Assembly (NCBI GenBank): GCA_043809315.1
Contig: JAZDDX010000006.1
Location: 1-19,416 of the forward strand
Length of the DNA: 19,416 nucleotides
From: Pseudomonadota bacterium
GTDB taxonomy: Bacteria > Bdellovibrionota_G > JALEGL01 > DATDPG01
Reading direction: 5' to 3'
Shown here: piece after piece, positions 1 to 6,791 of the stretch
Numbering within the stretch: position 1 is the first letter of the stretch
How the letters are laid out: each line of letters starts with the position of its first letter
Position numbers and translations under genes: made by a program
Notes under the pieces: generated by a model
The model's input: the letters and a program-made list of their open reading frames with translations, nothing else
The model's database searches: none
What the model was told of the DNA's origin: nothing

Positions 1-612
1 GGTTTCGTTGGTACTCTGATCCGCCCAGGTCAGGTTAATTGCCAGAGGGTTCGCTGAAAACACCGCCGTCAGATACGCGGGGGCGTTGGGCGAACCAACA
101 GCGACCAACGTAGTTCCGAAAAACAGGTCCGATTCCGTGGGAAAATTGGGTTTCACGGCGACGATTTTGTAGGTATATGTGGTTCCGGGAGCGAGACCCC
201 GGTTAATAAACAGCAGCGGGTTGGGCGTCCCTGCGGGCAAGGGGATATTCGTTGTTAGCAAAAGGAAGTCCGAGCCTTGATCCCGTTTCCGTTTCACCTC
301 GAAATTGACTCCGGTCCGATCGGCGGCCGGGTAGGTCCAGGTGATCTTCATCTCTTCGAACGGATTGCCGCCGGCATCTCGGTTTGCCACGGCGGTTCCG
401 GTCGGCTTGTTCGGATCCAAGATGACCGAGGGGCTCCTTACTCCACAGGCGGTAAGTCCAAAGAGCGTGGCGACAGGGAGGGGGGCGCATTGGGTGACGG
501 CACTCGGATCGGAAGCCAGCGTTTCGTGACTCGCCAGATCGACGTTGCTCGACCCGCAGCCGATCACGCCAAGGAGAATCAAAACCGCCCACGTGCTCAT
601 TCTTTTCGTCAT
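1..612 (-). CDS. Fibronectin type III domain lipoprotein, 5' part only (runs off the window edge); not in the ORF track
   Basis: Hand translation from ATG at 612 is open for 204 codons to position 1: MTKRMSTWAVLILLGVIG|CGSS... (lipobox VIGC, Cys19). It then has FN3-like motifs PNKPTG..KITWTY..RTGVNFEVKR..GLAPGTTYTYKIVA and PNAPAYLTA..INLTWADQSTNET. SD-like GAGAGGA lies upstream; the gene starts 32 nt after the stop of the preceding FN3 gene. Confidence 0.88.
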   Translation of the reverse strand, partial: MTKRMSTWAVLILLGVIGCGSSNVDLASHETLASDPSAVTQCAPLPVATLFGLTACGVRSPSVILDPNKPTGTAVANRDAGGNPFEEMKITWTYPAADRTGVNFEVKRKRDQGSDFLLLTTNIPLPAGTPNPLLFINRGLAPGTTYTYKIVAVKPNFPTESDLFFGTTLVAVGSPNAPAYLTAVFSANPLAINLTWADQSTNET

Positions 613-644
613 CGATTTATTTCCTCTCGTCGTCTAGTGCGTGT

Positions 645-2273
645 TTATGGGGAGGGAGCCACAACATTTTCGACGATCAACCCGTCGGAAGTTCCACTGT
701 TCCCTTCCGCTTGGATTCGGAAGTCGTAATGGATGCCCGGTGTGAAGTCGTACGTGGCCCAAGGATCGATCCAGCTGTAGACCGTTCCTCTTGTGGTACT
801 CGTCGTAGAGTCAGGAGAGCCAAGCGGCTCAAAGGCGGGTTCCACCGTCGCATGGACTCGATAGAAGATTTGGAACCGAAGTTCGTTGATCGAATTGTCG
901 GTCCATTGGAAGGTGAAGCCGCCGCCAGAGGTCCGGGGGGTCACCGTGAAATTCGTGGGGTCGGTCGGAACACACAACGGGCAATCGGTGACCCCGCTGT
1001 TCTGGTTGCTGTAAGTCGACAGTTCCGCTCCGCGCTTCGCACGGACGCGATAGGAGTACCAGGTGTTATCCGGGAGATTCGTATTCAAGTAGGTCAGGTC
1101 GGTCACGGTGGTCGGCAGCGGTTGATAGTCAGGAACGGCTCCCGGAGCGAGATAGTTCCCCTGCCAACGCTCGATGATGAATTCGACGCCGGTCCTGGAG
1201 CCATCGAAGCTCCACTCGAGGACGATCATCCTCGTTCCGGGGGTTGCGCGCAGAGCGTACGGCGCGCCCAACGGATTCGGATTCGGGTTCGTCGTTGCCG
1301 TCGCGTTGTTGGAAGCGTTAGAGGGCCCGGCGTCATTTCGAGCTATCACATAGAAAGTGTAGGACGTTGATGCGGTCAGTCCGTCGATGATCGTGTCGAC
1401 GGTGTTGGCGGTGTTGATCGCTTTAGCTACGCTTCCGTTTTGGAAATAGACGGTAAATCCGCTTTCGTTATCGGCATTGTCCACCCAGTGAAGTTGAATC
1501 TGCGTGTTGCTGTACGCTGTGGCGGTCAGACTCGTCGGAGCCTGAGGGATGGAGAGCAGCGTCTTGGGAGATACGGTATTCGAAGCGCTGGATTCCCCTG
1601 CCGCGTTGTAGGCTTTGACTAAATACGAATAGGTCGTATTCGGAGTCCGACCAGTATCGGTCACGGTCGTCACGTTCGTGGCGACCGTCAGGGCCGAAAC
1701 CAGCGCTCCATCGCGATAGACGTGAAACTCGGACTCGTTGTTGGAATTGTCGGTCCAGTTGAGCTTCACGGTGGTATCGGTCGTGGAGGCCACAACCAGC
1801 GTCGTGGGAGCCGCCGGAATCGTGGGAGCAACCGACGTAGTGGTTGCCGTTGCCGGGAGCGAACGGGACGACTCCCCCCCGGCGTTGAAAGCAGCTACGG
1901 CGTACACGTAGGTCGTCAAAGCGGTCAGGCCGCTGTTGGTGAAGGCGACGGTGTTGGCGGCCAGGTTATCCTTGATGATGACCCAGGAACTCCCGCTTTG
2001 GCGGTAGACTCGATACCCCGTTTCGTTGCTGATATCAGACCATTGAAGAAGGATTTCCACGCTGCTGGTTGCCGTGGCGGTAAGGCCTGTCGGGGCTGCC
2101 GGGGGCGAAACGGTCGGAGTTGCGGTTGCCGTGGGCTCGGCGGTCGCTGTTGCGGTCGGAGTCGGCGTGAGGCCTGTCTTGGGGTCGATGTGCTTATTGT
2201 TGGGGCCATCGCGACCACATCCGACAAAAACGAGTGCCGAAAGAAGGGCAAGCATTGCAGGAATTCGTTTCAT
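645..2273 (-). CDS. Lipoprotein with Thr/Pro linker and five FN3 repeats (542 aa)
   Basis: Start moved from the TTG at 2291 to the ATG at 2273, giving signal peptide MKRIPAMLALLSALVFVG|C. A TPTPTATATAEPTATATPT linker is followed by five repeats of the form PxxP..L/FxWxD(NS)xNExxF/Y..LxxxTxYxYxVxAxN. No catalytic domain is recognisable. Confidence 0.9.
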   Translation of the reverse strand: MKRIPAMLALLSALVFVGCGRDGPNNKHIDPKTGLTPTPTATATAEPTATATPTVSPPAAPTGLTATATSSVEILLQWSDISNETGYRVYRQSGSSWVIIKDNLAANTVAFTNSGLTALTTYVYAVAAFNAGGESSRSLPATATTTSVAPTIPAAPTTLVVASTTDTTVKLNWTDNSNNESEFHVYRDGALVSALTVATNVTTVTDTGRTPNTTYSYLVKAYNAAGESSASNTVSPKTLLSIPQAPTSLTATAYSNTQIQLHWVDNADNESGFTVYFQNGSVAKAINTANTVDTIIDGLTASTSYTFYVIARNDAGPSNASNNATATTNPNPNPLGAPYALRATPGTRMIVLEWSFDGSRTGVEFIIERWQGNYLAPGAVPDYQPLPTTVTDLTYLNTNLPDNTWYSYRVRAKRGAELSTYSNQNSGVTDCPLCVPTDPTNFTVTPRTSGGGFTFQWTDNSINELRFQIFYRVHATVEPAFEPLGSPDSTTSTTRGTVYSWIDPWATYDFTPGIHYDFRIQAEGNSGTSDGLIVENVVAPSP

Positions 2274-2287
2274 ACCGACTGGAGTAG

Positions 2288-2303
2288 GCAACGGTCGTGC
2301 CAG
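2288..2303 (-). promoter_or_regulatory. Sigma54 (-24/-12) promoter of the FN3 lipoprotein genes
   Basis: Minus strand reads CTGGCACGACCGTTGC, matching TGGCACG-N4-TTGC with exact GG-N10-GC spacing. It overlaps the TTG start used by the ORF track, arguing against that start. Confidence 0.8.
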
Positions 2304-2307
2304 AACG

Positions 2308-2366
2308 AAGTGCTTGAAATCAAACAGATTTTATCGATGGGGGGGCGAAGTAAGTGCTGAAAATCA
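2308..2366. repeat. Imperfect 15-bp direct repeat (IHF-site-like) upstream of the sigma54 promoter
   Basis: AAGTGCTTGAAATCA (2308-2322) and AAGTGCTGAAAATCA (2352-2366) are 13/15 identical and 44 bp apart. Their reverse complements loosely resemble the IHF consensus WATCAANNNNTTR. Confidence 0.5.
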
Positions 2367-3755
2367 GCGCAGCAGAGCCGGCGAGTTGAGGATCTCCTCG
2401 GCGATCCGTTCGGAACGGGCGATCACGTCCGGCACGCCGACCCCCGTGTAACCGTTCCCGCCGAGATACAACCCCGGAAACGCAGCCGCCTGCCTCTCGA
2501 TTTCGGCGACCCGCGCGACATGTCCGACGGTGTATTGGGCCATGCTCTTCTCCCAGCGCGCGATCTTCGTGAAGATCGGCTTTCCGGAGATCCCAAGGAG
2601 AGTTCCGAGATCTCGTTCGGCCGCGATGCCAAGGTTTTTGTCATCCATCTGATACGCCTGTTCGTCGCGCTTTCCACCGGCGAAGCCGCGCAAGAGAACG
2701 AACTCCTTGGGAGCACGCCCCTCGAACTTCTCGCTTGAGAACGAGCAGGAGTTGATCGTCCGTTTCTCCGTCGCCGGAACGATCAACCCCATCGCGTTCA
2801 GCGGATGCCGGATCTGCTCCCGCCGATACGCCAGACTCACCGTCACCGACGATCCGTACTCGATCTGCTCGAGAGCGGTTGAAAGTGCAGGCGCCGTTCC
2901 ACGAAGAATCTTTCCCGTCGCATGGGCCGGAAGCGTCATGCAAACGAAGTTCGCCTTTTCCGTCCGTCCGTCCGACGTTTCCACTTCCCACTGATATGGT
3001 GCCAAGAAACGCATGGAATTCACCCGTGTGTTCCGACGTAAGACCGACAGTAGATTCTCCACGAGCACAGTGGGCAGCTCACTCATCCCCTTCTTAAAGG
3101 ATAGAAACAGCGAATACCTCGGCCCGCTCGTCCCCTTGTCCCTCGTCTTCGGCCGATGGCGGAGCCCTTTCAGGATGCTCCCGTACTTCTGCTCCATCTC
3201 GAGGAAACTCGGAAACGTCGCGCGAAGGCTCAAGTCGGTCGGATCGGCGGAGTAGATCCCGGCGATCATCGGCTGTGCCACCCGATCGAGCACCTCCTTC
3301 CCGAGTCTCCTCTCTACAAAAGACGCGAGCGCTTCGTCCTCGAACGGGGGAGGGGCGGGGATGAACGGTTCCATCAACGTCCGGAACTTTCCCCGCCAGC
3401 TGACGAGGGGGGAGGCGAGGAACGGGCCGATCGAGGCGGGGGCCATCAGATAAAACCCCTGCGGGATCGGGTGGAGCTTCCCGTTCTTCACGATGAAGGC
3501 GCGCCGGTTTTTCTCCTGCGTTCCGATGATTTCGTTTTTGAGACCGATCTCTTCGGCGAGGCGGATCCCGGCCGGTTTGTCCGAGATGAAGCAGTCGGGC
3601 CCCTCTTCGATCAGAAATTGGTCCTGTCGGGACGTCTTCAGTACCCCTCCTGCCGAGGAAGAAGCCTCGAGGATCGTTACCTCGATCCCCTTTTTCCGAA
3701 GACGGTAGGCAAGGGAGAGCCCGCCGATGCCGGCTCCAACGATGATCCCCTTCAC
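2364..3755 (-). CDS. hemY: FAD-dependent proto/coproporphyrinogen oxidase (HemY type; often annotated hemG)
   Basis: N-terminal dinucleotide-binding motif IIVGAGIGGL, plus EEGPDCF, PMIAGIYSADP and C-terminal QYTVGH..GNGYTGVGVPD. 463 aa; GTGA start/stop overlap with hemE. Confidence 0.93.
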   Translation of the reverse strand: MKGIIVGAGIGGLSLAYRLRKKGIEVTILEASSSAGGVLKTSRQDQFLIEEGPDCFISDKPAGIRLAEEIGLKNEIIGTQEKNRRAFIVKNGKLHPIPQGFYLMAPASIGPFLASPLVSWRGKFRTLMEPFIPAPPPFEDEALASFVERRLGKEVLDRVAQPMIAGIYSADPTDLSLRATFPSFLEMEQKYGSILKGLRHRPKTRDKGTSGPRYSLFLSFKKGMSELPTVLVENLLSVLRRNTRVNSMRFLAPYQWEVETSDGRTEKANFVCMTLPAHATGKILRGTAPALSTALEQIEYGSSVTVSLAYRREQIRHPLNAMGLIVPATEKRTINSCSFSSEKFEGRAPKEFVLLRGFAGGKRDEQAYQMDDKNLGIAAERDLGTLLGISGKPIFTKIARWEKSMAQYTVGHVARVAEIERQAAAFPGLYLGGNGYTGVGVPDVIARSERIAEEILNSPALLR

Positions 3756-4789
3756 CGGGTCGATTCCTCCCGGACGAAGTCGATCAGGAACCGGACATTG
3801 TCGACCGGTGTCTGGGGTAGGACGCCGTGCCCGAGATTGAAGATGTGGCCGGGGCGCCCCGCCGCCTGATCGAGGACTCGCTTCGCCTCTTGCTCGATCT
3901 CCGAACGACTTCCGAGAAGAAGGTTCGGGTCGAAGTTCCCTTGGACCGCGACATCCCCAAGCTCCTGCCAGGCTTGATCGAGAGAAACGGTCGAATCGAG
4001 ACCGATCACCGTTCCCCCGGCCATTTTCATGCGCGTGATCAGGGGGGCGGTGTTCGTTCCGAAATGGATCGCGGGGATCGAAGCCGGGAGCGCGGAAAAG
4101 ATCGATCGGACATGCGGCGCCACCGATCGGTCGTACTCCTCGGGACTCAAGACACCGATCCAGCTGTCGAACAGTTGGACCGCGTCGGCCCCCGCGGAGA
4201 TCTGCGCGTTCAGGTAACCGGTCGTGGCCATCGAGATGGCGGAGAGAAGCGTGTTCCAGGCCGCCGGCTCCGTTTCCATCAACTGTTTTGTTTTCTCGAA
4301 CGTCCGGCTCTTCCCCCCCTCGATGAGGTAGGAAGCGACCGTGAAGGGCGCGCCGGCGAAGCCGATCAGAGGGATCTCGGGCGGAAGAGCCGCGCGCGTG
4401 TTCCGGATCGCATCGAGAACGAAGCGGAGTTCGTCGGCGGCCGAGAACGATCGAAGGGCCGAGATGCTCGATTCACCCAGAAACGGATTTTCGATCACCG
4501 GTCCTTCCCCGGAGGCGAAGGTTAGGCGGAAGCCGAGCGGTTCCGTGATCAGAAGGATGTCGGAAAAAATGATCGCCGCGTCGGCCCCGATCTTCTCCGC
4601 CGCGGTCACGGTCACTTCGCAGGCGAGATCCGGGCTCTTGCAGAGTTCCAGAAAGGGGACCTTCGCCCGAATGTCGCGATATTCCTTCATATAGCGCCCT
4701 GCCTGGCGGAGAAGCCAAACCGGGGTACGGGGGGTCGCCTCCCTCCGGCACGCCTTCAGGAACAGGGCATCGTTTCGGGTTCTTGCCAT
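3752..4789 (-). CDS. hemE: Uroporphyrinogen decarboxylase
   Basis: Signature motifs TPVWLLRQAGRYMKEYR, DAAIIFSDIL, LIGFAGAPFTVASYLIEG, VQLFDSW, QGNFDP and HIFNLGHGV. The ATG at 4789 is preferred over the TTG at 4831. Confidence 0.96.
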   Translation of the reverse strand: MARTRNDALFLKACRREATPRTPVWLLRQAGRYMKEYRDIRAKVPFLELCKSPDLACEVTVTAAEKIGADAAIIFSDILLITEPLGFRLTFASGEGPVIENPFLGESSISALRSFSAADELRFVLDAIRNTRAALPPEIPLIGFAGAPFTVASYLIEGGKSRTFEKTKQLMETEPAAWNTLLSAISMATTGYLNAQISAGADAVQLFDSWIGVLSPEEYDRSVAPHVRSIFSALPASIPAIHFGTNTAPLITRMKMAGGTVIGLDSTVSLDQAWQELGDVAVQGNFDPNLLLGSRSEIEQEAKRVLDQAAGRPGHIFNLGHGVLPQTPVDNVRFLIDFVREESTR

Positions 4790-4984
4790 GCGAGGGAGCC
4801 TTTCTAGCACATTCCTGGAAATGGAAAACAATTCCGATGGGTTGAGGTGGATGGGACATGAAAGTCCCCAAAAATGTAAACTTTTGTGTAGATTTTTCCT
4901 GATTGGGTGATATGTAGAGGGTTATAGATGCCACGGTGTTGAAGGCGCCGTGGTTTCACAACCTGAAATGGGAAGGAGGGGCCC

Positions 4985-6580
4985 ATGAAAAGGTTCTCAG
5001 TAGCGCTAGTTCCACTATTTTTGTTTGTCACGACGGTTGCGCACGCCGACATTTCGACGCGCTTCGATCAGAGCCATCTATTTTATACCGCAGACGAGTC
5101 GCAATCGGTTCGGAATGCAACGGCGGATACCGCCGGTTCGAAGATGAATGAAGCGACGAACCAGTTCCTTCAATCGTTACGAACCGAATACAATCTTCCT
5201 GCCGAATCCGGTTTTACCGATCCGAAAACGACCTACGTCGGCGGGCATGTCTGCCGGCGTTTCGCTCAGACGTTCGAAACGAATCGAGTGATGGGAGGGG
5301 AAGCGCTGATCTGTTTCGATCGCCTGGGGGAGAAAGAGGAAACGGCCAGCACGATCTGCGACGGGACCTGCCTTGCGGGGGCACAACCGCGTGTGTTTCC
5401 ACCAGATAGCGTCGGTCGTCTTGCCGAGGACCGCCTCCGGGAGAGACTGGGGAATCGTCTCGGGTCGGTGAGGCCGGATACCGTCGCGATTCAGAAAGTC
5501 TGGATCGACGACCTCGCGGGGACCGGGTTGATGGAAGCGTACAGCGTGTCGTTCGATGCGGAACAACCGTACGGGCGCTTCACGGTTTACGTGAGTGCCT
5601 TGGAACGGAAGCTGATCGCGTTTGAGAATCACGTCTTCTCGGCTTCGGGACAGGGGCAGGTCTATCCGCGGGATCCGAAGACCTCGGCGCTGGCGACAGT
5701 AGAGCTGCGGGATCTCCCCTTCGACTTCGCTCTGAGCAATCGCTACGTGGCGATCAAGAACGACGACACCGAAAACACGAAAGGGGTCGACGGAAGTTTT
5801 GTATTCCCTCCCGACGACACGCACTTCGATGAAGTTCAGGTCTACTATGCGATGCAGTTCGCTCTGGGCCGTTTCATGGCGTGGGGATTCACACCGAAAG
5901 GGCAGTTGCCGATCGTAGTTCATTTCGGCGATAAGTACGCGAACGCCTATTACGACGGGAAACAGATCGTTTTGGGGGACGGCGACGGGGTCGATCTCTC
6001 CGATCTGGCGAAGGACAACACGATCGTGACGCACGAGTACGGTCACAAGATCGTCGATCAGGTTTCGCCGATCAGCGGGAACGGCGACTACGGGGAGGAC
6101 GGGGCTCTGCACGAGGGGTTCTCCGATTACTTCGCTTGTGCCACGTACGACATGCCGACCCTCGGGGACGGCGTGATGATCGATCCGAAATATCCTTCCC
6201 TCCGTCGATGTGACACCGATCTTCCGTTCGCAAACAAGGACGGCGAGGTTCACGATGCGGGACAGGTCTGGTCGGGGGCGACATGGGAAGCCCGGGGAGC
6301 GATCGGGGCGGATGCGATGGATCAGATCGTCCTTCAGTCACTCCACCGGATCAAGGCGACCGGGTACATGGGGACGGTGAGCATGAACGACGCCTATCGC
6401 GCGGTCCTGGCGGCCGACAAGACGCTTTTTAAAGGGCAGCACAAGAAAGCGCTGCAGGCCGTTTTCACGCGACGGGGGTTCGACGAGAAAGACAAGGGGA
6501 AGAAGTCGGAGACAGATCCGAATCCGTATCACAAGACGCCGGGAGAGCCGCTCGTTCGGGCTCAAACCGGACGGATGTAG
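4985..6580 (+). CDS. Secreted zinc metallopeptidase, thermolysin/fungalysin-like (M4/M36) with propeptide
   Basis: Sec signal peptide ending VAHA|D and an FTP/PepSY-like pro-region. Catalytic motifs NAYYDG, HEYGH (6032-6046), GALHEGFSDYF and EVHDAGQVW. SD GGAGG upstream. Confidence 0.88.
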   Translation: MKRFSVALVPLFLFVTTVAHADISTRFDQSHLFYTADESQSVRNATADTAGSKMNEATNQFLQSLRTEYNLPAESGFTDPKTTYVGGHVCRRFAQTFETNRVMGGEALICFDRLGEKEETASTICDGTCLAGAQPRVFPPDSVGRLAEDRLRERLGNRLGSVRPDTVAIQKVWIDDLAGTGLMEAYSVSFDAEQPYGRFTVYVSALERKLIAFENHVFSASGQGQVYPRDPKTSALATVELRDLPFDFALSNRYVAIKNDDTENTKGVDGSFVFPPDDTHFDEVQVYYAMQFALGRFMAWGFTPKGQLPIVVHFGDKYANAYYDGKQIVLGDGDGVDLSDLAKDNTIVTHEYGHKIVDQVSPISGNGDYGEDGALHEGFSDYFACATYDMPTLGDGVMIDPKYPSLRRCDTDLPFANKDGEVHDAGQVWSGATWEARGAIGADAMDQIVLQSLHRIKATGYMGTVSMNDAYRAVLAADKTLFKGQHKKALQAVFTRRGFDEKDKGKKSETDPNPYHKTPGEPLVRAQTGRM

Positions 6581-6596
6581 GTCAGGCCGGTTTTTT
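6564..6596 (+). terminator. Possible weak intrinsic terminator spanning two convergent stop codons
   Basis: AAACCGG (6564-6570) and CCGGTTT (6587-6593) form an inverted repeat with an imperfect inner stem. The right arm runs into T6 (6591-6596). Confidence 0.3.
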
Positions 6597-6746
6597 CGAA
6601 AGGATCTTGTACATTCCTGTGCCGCACGTGGCGCACTTCCCCTTCAGAGCGGGGCGCCCGTTCTTCATCTGGACCTGTTCGGCGTTCGCGATCGGTCGCT
6701 TTGCCTTGCACTTGACGCAATACCCTTCCGGTTGTTCCTGCGGCAT
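6582..6746 (-). CDS. Small zinc-ribbon protein, DUF5679-like (54 aa); not in the ORF track
   Basis: Hand translation: MPQEQPEGYCVKCKAKRPIANAEQVQMKNGRPALKGKCATCGTGMYKILSKKPA*. It has two CxxC pairs and the YCVKCK...MKNGRPA.KG.C..CGT.M pattern I recall for DUF5679, and it fills the gap between the flanking genes. Confidence 0.85.
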   Translation of the reverse strand: MPQEQPEGYCVKCKAKRPIANAEQVQMKNGRPALKGKCATCGTGMYKILSKKPA

Positions 6747-6753
6747 GGGGGTC

Positions 6754-6782
6754 TATCTATCGACTGGACGGCGGTCGGTCAA
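6754..6782 (-). promoter_or_regulatory. Possible sigma70 promoter for the zinc-ribbon gene (leaderless geometry)
   Basis: TTGACC-N17-TAGATA, then 7 nt to the ATG, with no SD. The -10 box lacks the conserved final T. Confidence 0.35.
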
Positions 6783-6791
6783 AGAAAAGCT

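Noticed and set aside
445..456. Second lipobox-like LTAC inside the partial FN3 gene
   Set aside because: No start codon or basic n-region precedes it; the N-terminal VIGC signal is complete.
203..729. ORF-track calls 203-592 (-), 277-729 (+) and 341-529 (+)
   Set aside because: Superseded by the open minus-strand frame 612 to 1, which has a lipobox, an SD and FN3 motifs.
2339..2345. G7 tract between the IHF-like repeats as a phase-variation switch
   Set aside because: Too short to be convincing; similar G/C runs occur elsewhere in this GC-rich window (e.g. 1874-1880).
2517..2524. GACATGTC in the hemY 3' end as a PilR enhancer for the FN3 promoter
   Set aside because: Half-site spacing does not match TGACAA-N3-TTGTCA, and it lies in coding sequence.
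4853..4868. GGGAC-N6-GTCCC as a PilR site
   Set aside because: GAC-GTC spacing is 6 rather than 7 and the inner AA/TT is absent; kept only as a generic palindrome.
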